From IMG/VR virus record IMGVR_UViG_3300025816_000006, positions 98,691-162,690 of that record: a DNA stretch of 64,000 bases, one strand, 5' to 3'. The stretch is from a virus. The notes below the pieces were generated by a model. It did not search any database. It saw only the letters and a program-made list of their open reading frames with translations, and was not told the DNA's origin. Positions 19,823-28,700 of the stretch are shown here, piece by piece (the first letter of the stretch is position 1; every line of letters starts with the position of its first letter). A program made the position numbers and the translations under genes.

Positions 19823-20610
19823 TAAATCTGCTCCAATATTTTTTTGACTTCTATTATAGTATCGCCAATTGTCATATTACCGTTATCAAGAACACTCCAG
19901 AAATTAGCGTGATTATAGTTGTCTACGTCTAGCGCAGTCTCGCTATCGTGCTTGTCTTCGTGTACGTCTCTTTCTAGTCTTACGACTTTACCCCCCGCCC
20001 TGTTAATTGCTTCTACTTCGTTAGGAAATCTTACATCTGCAACAATAGAAAGTTCGCTACCTTCTTTTGTGATTTTGTTTAAGCAAGCATTGGTCCATAC
20101 GTTTGGATGAATATTACGCATAATATCAGTTCCAAAAAACTGCATGAATTCTCGCGCTGTCATTTCCCCTTCTCTCCAGCCCCAACTCTTTTTTGAGTCT
20201 ACTGGCATTTTCTTCATTATCTTCATGTTTTGATGCCTTGGCATATCTTCCCATCTTATATCGGAAAGTGTTTGATTTTTTTGTTCGTCTGTACCATAGG
20301 CTTGATCGTATGTAAACCCAAATAGATTTATACACATGTCTTTTAACGAATCGGCAAAATTATATAGTTTTACATTAGGCCACATGTTGTAATGAGCATA
20401 CTCTATGAACTGCTCGTCCTTTCTTTCTATTTCAAACTCACCCCAACCTTCCTGACCTTTAGAGTTACTTGTTTTGATCAACAACTTCCCTTGTTCGTTT
20501 ATGTTATAATCACCGATCATTTCTTTTTGAAGCAACACTTCGCCGTGGATTATATTAGCAACGGTTGTTTTACCTGCTTGCTTCTTTCCGGATATACCTA
20601 GAATCATCAA
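19822..20610 (-). CDS. deoxynucleoside monophosphate kinase
   Basis: GKKQAGKTT, FADSLK, REFMQFFGTD, DVRFPNE, HDSE. Confidence 0.85.
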   Translation of the reverse strand: MMILGISGKKQAGKTTVANIIHGEVLLQKEMIGDYNINEQGKLLIKTSNSKGQEGWGEFEIERKDEQFIEYAHYNMWPNVKLYNFADSLKDMCINLFGFTYDQAYGTDEQKNQTLSDIRWEDMPRHQNMKIMKKMPVDSKKSWGWREGEMTAREFMQFFGTDIMRNIHPNVWTNACLNKITKEGSELSIVADVRFPNEVEAINRAGGKVVRLERDVHEDKHDSETALDVDNYNHANFWSVLDNGNMTIGDTIIEVKKILEQI

Positions 20611-21620
20611 TAAAGTCCTTGTACTTGGGATAAAATATGTTTCTCTATTTTTTTAACAGATGTATCTCCTACGTCTTTTTTTGGCATAGGAGGATAAATT
20701 AAATTGAACATTCTATTTAACTCTCTCTGTATCTTCATTCTTCCTTCTCTACCTGCTTGGTCCATGTCTGTCAGTACAACTAAGTTTGTAACACCTGATT
20801 TTACAATGAGAGATTTTTGGGTTTCAGAGATATCTTTACCAAAAAGACCTACGCAATTTTTAACACCAGCTTCGTACATCCTCCAAACATCGCCTTGACC
20901 CTCTACAACAAAAAGTGTGCTTTTCTCTTGAGCAACCCCCATTGCATTGTCGTAATTATACAGATAGTCTGTTTTCTTAAAGCCTACGGAGAACAAATAT
21001 TTAGGTTGTATAAAATTCTTTGCCGCTCTCGCTATATATGCTATCTCTTTTTGTTTAAAAGTTACTGGGATGATAGCACGATTCCACATCTTTGAGTTTT
21101 TATCTATACAATCTTGTACTCCAAAATGCTCTAATGTGTCAGGTAAAAATCCTCTCTTTTCAAAATAAAAAGAATTATTTAACGTTTCTACATCTCTCAC
21201 ATACTCTGATTCTGTAGTCTTTTTCTTTTTACTAAATATATTAACTATCTCATCAAACTCACTTTTCTTAACTTTTGGCTTGGTTGATGTAGACCTGTAC
21301 TCGTTTCCAATGTTGTAAAGTTTACATATGTATCCTAGTGTTTCCGAAAACGTACCGTCCTCCCTGACGGCGCGAATAAACCCAAATATATCAGTACCAA
21401 AATCTTCTTGACATCCGCGAGTCCAACACCGCCAGTTCTTTTGAGTTAGGGATATTGACAAGCCTTTATCGTTGTCACCTCCGTGTATTGGGCATTTCAT
21501 AAAAATGTTATCGGATATCTGCTCGTACTCTAAGTCTAAATCTTCCAGCAAGACATCTATGTTATCAAGGATTAGATCTTTTACTTTATCTAAATCAAGC
21601 TTTTTCTTTGTGTTTGTCAT
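20607..21620 (-). CDS. dnaG: DNA primase
   Basis: CPIH...C...C zinc finger; VVEGQGD and DMD TOPRIM motifs. Confidence 0.85.
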   Translation of the reverse strand: MTNTKKKLDLDKVKDLILDNIDVLLEDLDLEYEQISDNIFMKCPIHGGDNDKGLSISLTQKNWRCWTRGCQEDFGTDIFGFIRAVREDGTFSETLGYICKLYNIGNEYRSTSTKPKVKKSEFDEIVNIFSKKKKTTESEYVRDVETLNNSFYFEKRGFLPDTLEHFGVQDCIDKNSKMWNRAIIPVTFKQKEIAYIARAAKNFIQPKYLFSVGFKKTDYLYNYDNAMGVAQEKSTLFVVEGQGDVWRMYEAGVKNCVGLFGKDISETQKSLIVKSGVTNLVVLTDMDQAGREGRMKIQRELNRMFNLIYPPMPKKDVGDTSVKKIEKHILSQVQGLY

Positions 21621-21856
21621 CTGGGGTCTCTGTTAAGGTGTGTTGTATACTTTACAAACACTTCTTCTTGTAAGTCGTAGAATAACTTTTCATCTTCTGT
21701 TTTAACTAGCCAATATGAAGATTGTGTCATTAGTCCACTTTCGTAAACTTTAGTAACCTTGTATACAGACTGTGCGTCAGGAAGTGGGATCACATCTCCA
21801 TGAGAAGGCCCACCATTAAATTGTGCTTCATATCTAGTCATTTTTTTCCTCGTCAA
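21617..21856 (-). CDS. hypothetical protein
   Basis: Translationally coupled ORF. Confidence 0.5.
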   Translation of the reverse strand: MTRKKMTRYEAQFNGGPSHGDVIPLPDAQSVYKVTKVYESGLMTQSSYWLVKTEDEKLFYDLQEEVFVKYTTHLNRDPR

Positions 21857-23279
21857 ATGGTAATTCAGCGCCTTCTAGGGCATCGTCTGTTCCAGATTTA
21901 ATAAACTCATCTCTTGTTCTTAGTTCTGAAAGTTTAGCATAGTCGCCATCCATTCTGAGGTTTATGTAGTTTCCATCATGCATTCCGGGTCCATGTCTAG
22001 AGACGATGGGTACAAGTTTTCTATTGCCTGCCTTTGGACCATCTTCTGCAAGTTCCTCCGCTGACTTTTCTTTAAAGATGGAGAATGATGTACACAGCCA
22101 GATAAGTCTGTCAGAACCGCTTACAGCGTCTGTAGACTCTTTTGTGATACCATCTCTATTCAGTTGAACAAACGCAAGACACGCGAAGTCATACTTAACA
22201 GCAAGGTTGTGTAGGTTTGTAATTTGGAATCCAAGCGCTTGATATTCTTGAATGTTCCCAGATATACCAGCAGACGACATGAGTTTGAGATAGTCATAAA
22301 CAACTACACACTCGTTTGTTCTTCCGTTTTCATCTGTGCCGACTTCTTGAATTACCCATCGCTTGATATGATTTAGGATATTCTCAAATGGCGCTCCTGC
22401 CACACTAACGTATGTATATGGTATATCTTTTATTTCTTCCATTGCTGATTTAACAGCGATAAACTTTTCTTCATCTTGTGCAAATTTTCCTGTAGATATT
22501 TCACTAATGGGAACTCCACTCATACTAGATAAGATTCTGTTTAAGTGATCTTCTTTGCTCATCTCTGTATCTAGCATCAAAACGGGTACACCCTTTCTTG
22601 CTACAGACACGGCAACGTTGTCACCGAATACAGACTTGCCAACTTTAGGTCTAGCAGAAACTAGGTCTACACATTTACGTCTAAGACCACCGCCAATGGC
22701 GGCATCGTACCTATCAAACCCGCTAGGTACACCAATCTGGTCACACTTGTTTTCGATAAGAAAGTCAACATATTCTTCTAATCCTTCACCTATTTTTTCA
22801 GGTTTATCTCTAGTATCGTCGTCTTGAAGAAACTCTGTAATTGGATTTTCTACGATACCAATAATATCGTCAATATCTTCGTCACCTTTTATTTCTTCTA
22901 TATCTCTACCAATCTTGCTGGCAAGACTTCTAATCTTTCTGGCAAACTCAAACTTTTTAATCTGCGCAGCAAAGTGGATTACATTATCTTTCTTTACTGG
23001 GAACTCCATTAAAGAATTTATGTATTCAAGTTCTTGTTTGGTTTGTATGGTTTCAGAAAAACCCAACTGATCCGCAGCAGAAAGCAATGCGGGTAGGTCA
23101 ACCTGAGTTTCTTTTAGTAGTATTTTCTCAATGCATTTGTATATTAGCTGATTATTTTGATGGCAAAAGCTATTGTGATCTATTATATCACTTATTTCAA
23201 CGTATGATTCTAGACCGTAGGTAAAGAGACCAGCTAACACTGCTCTCTCTGCGCCTAAGTCTAACAACTTAGATTCCAT
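21834..23279 (-). CDS. dnaB: replicative helicase
   Basis: AERAVLAG, ARPKVGKS, DTEM, VYDYLKLM, VQLNR, SRHG. Confidence 0.92.
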   Translation of the reverse strand: MESKLLDLGAERAVLAGLFTYGLESYVEISDIIDHNSFCHQNNQLIYKCIEKILLKETQVDLPALLSAADQLGFSETIQTKQELEYINSLMEFPVKKDNVIHFAAQIKKFEFARKIRSLASKIGRDIEEIKGDEDIDDIIGIVENPITEFLQDDDTRDKPEKIGEGLEEYVDFLIENKCDQIGVPSGFDRYDAAIGGGLRRKCVDLVSARPKVGKSVFGDNVAVSVARKGVPVLMLDTEMSKEDHLNRILSSMSGVPISEISTGKFAQDEEKFIAVKSAMEEIKDIPYTYVSVAGAPFENILNHIKRWVIQEVGTDENGRTNECVVVYDYLKLMSSAGISGNIQEYQALGFQITNLHNLAVKYDFACLAFVQLNRDGITKESTDAVSGSDRLIWLCTSFSIFKEKSAEELAEDGPKAGNRKLVPIVSRHGPGMHDGNYINLRMDGDYAKLSELRTRDEFIKSGTDDALEGAELPFDEEKND

Positions 23280-23704
23280 TACTTGCCCCCACACCGATTA
23301 CATCGGTGATACTCTCCATAAACTAAACTAGCATGTTCCATGTATTTTTTTCCACAAACAGAACACTCAAGCTCAAGCTTCTTGGTTTTACCTCTATTTC
23401 TAGAACTTCTTTTTCTGTCTGAAGAAAACTCTTCTTCGCCTTCTAGTTGAAAGCTACCATCGTCAACCCATTTATTCTTCTTGGCTTTCACCGGATTTCT
23501 CCTTGTAGAATCATTTATCTTTCTAGTAACAGTAAAATCTTCATTTACTTCTATATTAGAAGAGGCTATCTCTTCTTTTTGTTCGGGTTCTTCTTTTGTT
23601 TCTACACCCATCGTATCACCGATAGTTTTAAACACCTGTTGAAATTGAGACATTTGCTCTGGGCTAAGTGATTCAATAAAATTAGCCATATCTTCTGAAT
23701 TCAT
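23279..23704 (-). CDS. hypothetical protein with C-terminal zinc ribbon
   Basis: CSVC...CNRC. Confidence 0.55.
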   Translation of the reverse strand: MNSEDMANFIESLSPEQMSQFQQVFKTIGDTMGVETKEEPEQKEEIASSNIEVNEDFTVTRKINDSTRRNPVKAKKNKWVDDGSFQLEGEEEFSSDRKRSSRNRGKTKKLELECSVCGKKYMEHASLVYGEYHRCNRCGGK

Positions 23705-24165
23705 TTTCTTTTACCTTTTTCAAATAGTATGTCAGCCTTCCTTCTTATATTATACTCTCTAGACTTGATATTTTCAAGCCTTCCTTGAGCAGTTATTTTC
23801 CAGTCATTAATTTTTCTCGCTAGATCGTCATTTCTAAGAATAGTAGCCACCTTGGTTTCGTGCTTGGCGTATGTATCCCAGACACCACTACTTATCAATT
23901 CAGATATAATACTTTGAAGAGAGTTCTCGCACCACCGTATTACGTTTTCGCAGTTGGCGCGTTCTGAACCTACGTGGTCTACGTACTGCATTAGTTGGTA
24001 AGCATGACCAAAACATTCTTCCTGAGTTAACTTTTGCATACCATCTAAAGAAAGCGTTTCTGCTATGGCGAACTCTGGGTTAAACTTTGTTGGCGTTATG
24101 TTTTTAGCGGTTATGTAATTTTCAATACCATCTAAAAACTCTTTCAATCTTTCAGCGGCTGTCAA
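23701..24165 (-). CDS. hypothetical helical protein (UvsY-like position)
   Basis: Coiled-coil character, near recA. Confidence 0.45.
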   Translation of the reverse strand: MTAAERLKEFLDGIENYITAKNITPTKFNPEFAIAETLSLDGMQKLTQEECFGHAYQLMQYVDHVGSERANCENVIRWCENSLQSIISELISSGVWDTYAKHETKVATILRNDDLARKINDWKITAQGRLENIKSREYNIRRKADILFEKGKRK

Positions 24166-24574
24166 TTTGTTTTCTCCAATCTTCTATACTTTCTGAATAC
24201 TTTAATACAATTAAATCTATTTTGTTTAAGTTACACCAATCTTCTTTTACACTATCTCTTTTCAAAGAGGTTAAGAATCCGGCTTTAGTTTTATGAAAAA
24301 ACTTACAAAATTCGTAGTGCTGTTGCCCATGAACCTCTATCCCTAATGACAAGTTGGGTATGAAAAAATCCAAGAACAATACAGATTTTTTACTAGGACA
24401 CCTAGAACCCGGAAGTTTTACCTCTTCTAATATAGAATAACCAGAAAACATTTCATGTAACAGATCTCTTGCTACCATATGATAGCGAGATTTCTTTGTT
24501 TTGTCATCTTTTTTTATAATATATTTTTTAAGGTCTAGATTGTAGCCTCTACCGTTTAAACCCGTAACTTTCAT
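24152..24574 (-). CDS. Vsr/DUF559-like endonuclease
   Basis: LDFFIP...IEVHGQQHY...RDSVKEDWC. Confidence 0.7.
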   Translation of the reverse strand: MKVTGLNGRGYNLDLKKYIIKKDDKTKKSRYHMVARDLLHEMFSGYSILEEVKLPGSRCPSKKSVLFLDFFIPNLSLGIEVHGQQHYEFCKFFHKTKAGFLTSLKRDSVKEDWCNLNKIDLIVLKYSESIEDWRKQIDSR

Positions 24575-25677
24575 AGAACACTTTTGATTTCATCGTACAG
24601 AAACTCTTGTATCTCTTTGTTCTCTTTTATGAATTTACTCAGGTTCGCCATACCTTGAAACTTAAAGAATTTCTCTAGAGCTTCTTGATTTTTTGCGTCT
24701 ACTTCGTGTTTTTTCAGTAGCGATAAAATTCTTTTGTCTTCAGATCCTATAGCAGATGATACGGTGTACCAAGCGCCAGCTTGTTTAATAAAGGTTAGTT
24801 CGTTTGCTATTTCACAAAGTTCTCTAACCTCATCAATGCCTGTTCCATACTTGATATAGGATACAGCGTTTGAGTTAGGTTTACCTCCAGACGCAGAGGT
24901 TTTTACTAGCCAGTTAGCAACCTGACCTACATCGTGACCATTCTCGTCTGTCTCTTCCCACTTGCCCCTGTGGGTAATTACCATGTTGGTTCCAGCTTGA
25001 TACTGAATCATGTTTCCTCCATCTGCCATTTTAGCGGGCGACCATCTTGAACCCCCTGTGTTAGCTATGTTGTGCAAGATGCAAACCAGCATAGCTCTTG
25101 TTCTTGAAACATCATTAGAAATTCTTTTGAAAAACATGGAGTTTAGGCGAGGTAACTGATTCCTGACACCTGTCCGAATCTCACCATCTAATTCGTCTTG
25201 GGGGACCATGCTAGAAGATGAGTCTACAATTCCAAAGAAATCTGGTGTATTTTTGACGTAGGTTTCTATTACATTTAAAAAGGTTTCTGCTGACACTACA
25301 GGTTGAGCATCTGTAGCTTGGACAATCTTAATTTTTTCTACATCTAAACCTTTAATACCTTTGAAGTTTTCTTTTGTTAGCCTACCCTCTGTATTAAAAT
25401 AGACAACAGTTTTGCCTGCTTGTTGAGCCTTTGCCGCAGCATAAAGCGCCGTGGTTGTTTTTCCGGTCTTGGGGTCGCCAGCCATCAAGGTTACACTACC
25501 CTCTCTTAGTCCACCGCCTAGCGCTAGGTCTAAGGCTGGAGAGATTGATAGGGTTTGGAAATTTTCTAGATCTTTAAGCACCTTTGTGCCTTCTTCTACA
25601 ATGTCTCCATATTTTTTAATAATCCCATTGCTTACAATGTCGTCTTCAAATTTATTCTTGGCTTTCTTCTTTGCCAT
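24571..25677 (-). CDS. recA: RecA/UvsX recombinase
   Basis: LDLALGGG, GDPKTGKTT, VDS, KQAGAWY. Confidence 0.9.
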   Translation of the reverse strand: MAKKKAKNKFEDDIVSNGIIKKYGDIVEEGTKVLKDLENFQTLSISPALDLALGGGLREGSVTLMAGDPKTGKTTTALYAAAKAQQAGKTVVYFNTEGRLTKENFKGIKGLDVEKIKIVQATDAQPVVSAETFLNVIETYVKNTPDFFGIVDSSSSMVPQDELDGEIRTGVRNQLPRLNSMFFKRISNDVSRTRAMLVCILHNIANTGGSRWSPAKMADGGNMIQYQAGTNMVITHRGKWEETDENGHDVGQVANWLVKTSASGGKPNSNAVSYIKYGTGIDEVRELCEIANELTFIKQAGAWYTVSSAIGSEDKRILSLLKKHEVDAKNQEALEKFFKFQGMANLSKFIKENKEIQEFLYDEIKSVL

Positions 25678-26107
25678 TGTCTAATCCTCTAAGTTTGTTT
25701 AGTCCAGATTTCTTTCCGTAAGATTTCTTCCTAGTCTTTGCTTCTTTCTTTACGTCTAATTCCTGATTAGGTTTCTTGTCTTCTTCTTCTATTATTTTTT
25801 TCTGTTTAATTATTTCTGGGACAAGACGTTTGTTCTTTAGAGAGAACACGGATTTTTGATTAGCAACCGCCTTTAGTACAGCTTTCTCGCCGTACTTCTT
25901 TATTAGACTATTTGCAGCAAACATTTGCTGCTTAAAAGTCCAATCCCAAGGTTTCTTGTTCCAGAATTTATATGTAAGATTGCCTTCGTTCTTGTACTCT
26001 GCTAGGCGAAGACACATCATTTCCGCCAAATAAGAAGCGCATGTGCAATGATCACCAGTTGTTTGGTGTTTATACTTACTCTTGTCTGTTCTCTTTCGTT
26101 TTGTCAT
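25652..26107 (-). CDS. hypothetical basic protein
   Basis: ORF in operon; start at MTKRK. Confidence 0.55.
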   Translation of the reverse strand: MTKRKRTDKSKYKHQTTGDHCTCASYLAEMMCLRLAEYKNEGNLTYKFWNKKPWDWTFKQQMFAANSLIKKYGEKAVLKAVANQKSVFSLKNKRLVPEIIKQKKIIEEEDKKPNQELDVKKEAKTRKKSYGKKSGLNKLRGLDNGKEESQE

Positions 26108-26501
26108 AGATGATTGCTTCTTCAAAACAGTTTTCAATTTCATCTTCATATTCTTTATCTAATACAAGTTCTGGTGTAATCCACATTTTTTTAGAGACAT
26201 TAGACCCTTTTACTAAACCAATCGTGTAGTATTCTTTAGAGTCTGAGCCTAATGCACCCAGCAATGATCTAATTAAATAGACACCATCTACCGCATCGCT
26301 TATATCTATAGTAGCCTTATGAGAGCGATATTGCAAGTACAATTCTAATAAAAATAAATCTTCTTCATCACACTTGGCTTTTAACTCTCTCCATCCTTCA
26401 AATTTATCATAGTTAAATTCTTCGCCATTTGTTAGCTTACACCTAATCCAAACCGCTTGTTTATTTTTTCTATAGTCTTTCAACCATTTTTCCCTATCCA
26501 T
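26076..26501 (-). CDS. hypothetical protein
   Basis: ORF in operon. Confidence 0.55.
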   Translation of the reverse strand: MDREKWLKDYRKNKQAVWIRCKLTNGEEFNYDKFEGWRELKAKCDEEDLFLLELYLQYRSHKATIDISDAVDGVYLIRSLLGALGSDSKEYYTIGLVKGSNVSKKMWITPELVLDKEYEDEIENCFEEAIIYDKTKENRQE

Positions 26502-26502
26502 T

Positions 26503-26823
26503 CTATCTCCTTATGGAAGTTGTACACTCACTTCTTTTTCCTAAGAACTGTGATTTTTTTCTGAAATCATCTGAAATTGTAGATCCATTTTCTGTCATTA
26601 CCGTAGAACCTCTACTGGAAGGTATTTGAGATGCTAGGTGTGTAGGCTCTTTTTTTTGTTTAGTGTCTTCTGTGTTCTTTTTCTTTTTTTGACACTTGCT
26701 GGCATAGGCTTTAACTACACTTTTTGCTCTATCTAAATCTGACGATAGTACATCTAGATCTACGTCACAGTTGTTTTCTATGTAAAATTTTTCTATCTTA
26801 CTTAATGGTCCTCGTTTACTCAT
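26503..26823 (-). CDS. hypothetical protein (possible HTH)
   Basis: LSKIEKFYI...LSSDLDRAKSVVK. Confidence 0.5.
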   Translation of the reverse strand: MSKRGPLSKIEKFYIENNCDVDLDVLSSDLDRAKSVVKAYASKCQKKKKNTEDTKQKKEPTHLASQIPSSRGSTVMTENGSTISDDFRKKSQFLGKRSECTTSIRR

Positions 26824-27142
26824 TTATAAATCTCCTGTTTGTCCTTGTTAAATAAATTGAATTTTTTGTTTGTAAGTAAATTAAATAAAAATCGAATGTG
26901 TCTTTTGACACTCTTTTAAGTTTTGTTTCTAAGTAATTTTCTCTAGTTGCCGCTGACCCCATAGGATCAAATGGTTGGTTTTGATAAATTTTTATTAAGT
27001 ATGTTTTATCTTTTTCAGATTCTACAATTTTTGCGTATGTTTTTTCTTTACCTTGAGAAACAGTTCCGTTCTTATTAAAATCTATCTCCTTTTTTATATT
27101 TATTTCTTGCATATTTTTTGTATCTTCGTTTATGTACTTCAT
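26816..27142 (-). CDS. hypothetical protein
   Basis: ORF in operon. Confidence 0.55.
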   Translation of the reverse strand: MKYINEDTKNMQEINIKKEIDFNKNGTVSQGKEKTYAKIVESEKDKTYLIKIYQNQPFDPMGSAATRENYLETKLKRVSKDTFDFYLIYLQTKNSIYLTRTNRRFINE

Positions 27143-27492
27143 CTTCCCTCCATGATGTATTTAGTTTTTTGATTCTCTGACATTTTATTTATATCTTTCA
27201 AAGACTTATCTCCCTGTTTATGATGCCAAGGTTTTTCTGGTGGAGGATTCTTTTCTTTTTTCATAGCCTCCATCTCGTTTATCTTATTTTTATTGGTGCG
27301 AGTGTTCTTATCTGCAATGCTACCTATTGTGTTGCTACCCGCCATGAAACTGTGAAGCCCGCCTGTAACAACCCTGTAAAGTCCGCTTGTTCCACAAGCC
27401 TCACATTTTTTTAACTCTGGGTCTGTAACTTTTTGAAACACGTCAGTTACTTCTGCTCCACAGTCTTTGCATTCGTAATCATATATCGGCAT
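27139..27492 (-). CDS. FmdB-family zinc ribbon protein
   Basis: MPIYDYECKDCG...CEACG. Confidence 0.85.
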   Translation of the reverse strand: MPIYDYECKDCGAEVTDVFQKVTDPELKKCEACGTSGLYRVVTGGLHSFMAGSNTIGSIADKNTRTNKNKINEMEAMKKEKNPPPEKPWHHKQGDKSLKDINKMSENQKTKYIMEGR

Positions 27493-28157
27493 TAATTCTC
27501 CAATCTATTTAATATATTTCCTAATATTCCGTTCCTTTGGATGTCGCTATATCCTAATCTACACACACCGACACCCTCTAGTCCATCTAACTTATCTATA
27601 ATTTCTTCTAGACCACTCTTTCTGTTTAGGTCCGTTTGTCTTACGTCCCCGTTTATAATAACCTTACTGCCCTGTCCCATTCGGGTGATAAACATTTTGA
27701 TTTGTTCCCAAGTACAGTTCTGTGCTTCGTCTAATATCATATATGAATTATGAAACGTAGACCCTCGCATGATTTCTAGTGGCGCATATTTAATCTTACC
27801 TTCATTACTATAGTGTCCATAGTAAGCTCTTCCAAGGAAAAACTTGAAATTTTCTTGCATTGGCAGGAGATAAGGCGCTATCTTATCGAGAAGTTCTCCC
27901 GGTAGCGACCCTATTTCCTTACCAGTACATACCAGCGGACGGGTTACAACAACTTGGTCTATGTCTTCACGGTGTAAGTGTTCTGCTGCTATGCCCGAAG
28001 CTATGAAAGACTTACCACAGCCAGAGGGACCGGTACAGAATATCACATCGTTTTCTATGATTGCTCTTATATAGTCTTTTTGTCTGGGTGTTTTAGCCTC
28101 TACTATTTTAACTTTTTGTGGTGCTAAGTTTTCTTTTCTGGTTTTTCTCTTGGTCAT
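27492..28157 (-). CDS. phoH: PhoH-like ATPase
   Basis: GPSGCGKS, TRP, MRGSTF, LDEAQN, GDVRQTD. Confidence 0.93.
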   Translation of the reverse strand: MTKRKTRKENLAPQKVKIVEAKTPRQKDYIRAIIENDVIFCTGPSGCGKSFIASGIAAEHLHREDIDQVVVTRPLVCTGKEIGSLPGELLDKIAPYLLPMQENFKFFLGRAYYGHYSNEGKIKYAPLEIMRGSTFHNSYMILDEAQNCTWEQIKMFITRMGQGSKVIINGDVRQTDLNRKSGLEEIIDKLDGLEGVGVCRLGYSDIQRNGILGNILNRLEN

Positions 28158-28178
28158 CTGTTAGCCTTATTATTAGTG

Positions 28179-28700
28179 TTATGAGCCAGAACTTCCAAAC
28201 CCTCCCGATCCTCTATTTGTATCGTCCAAGTTGTTTACCAACTGTAAGTCAAAATCCTCTACTTTTTGAAATACTATTTGTGCTATTCTGTCGCCTTTTT
28301 GTAACTTGTAGTCGTTATACTGAGAGTTGTATAGTATAACCCCAATATCACCTCTATAAGACGAATCTATGACGCCAGCGAACACGTCTATTCCATGTTT
28401 ATACGCCATTCCAGATCTAGGCCAAATTAACCCAACGTAACCTTCTGGAATAGCCATAGCGATCCCTGTCTTAATTAGTTTATGGCAGTGTTTTTCAATT
28501 ATAGCCCCATGTAAAGCATAAAGGTCGTACCCAGCGTCCGATCTGTTTGCTTTGGTTGGGACAATTGCCATGCCGTCAAGTTTTTGCACTTTTAACTGTG
28601 GCCCATTCCAACTAGGAAATGGCGCTCTATGTTTATTTTGTGATTTTCTTAACATTTTCTCTCTGGCTAATTCATCTGGATGGGTACTCATATTTCGCAC
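28179..28700 (-). CDS. dut: trimeric dUTPase
   Basis: AGYDL, PRSG, GVIDSSYRG, GDRIAQ, RGSGGFGSSG. Confidence 0.95.
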   Translation of the reverse strand: MRNMSTHPDELAREKMLRKSQNKHRAPFPSWNGPQLKVQKLDGMAIVPTKANRSDAGYDLYALHGAIIEKHCHKLIKTGIAMAIPEGYVGLIWPRSGMAYKHGIDVFAGVIDSSYRGDIGVILYNSQYNDYKLQKGDRIAQIVFQKVEDFDLQLVNNLDDTNRGSGGFGSSGS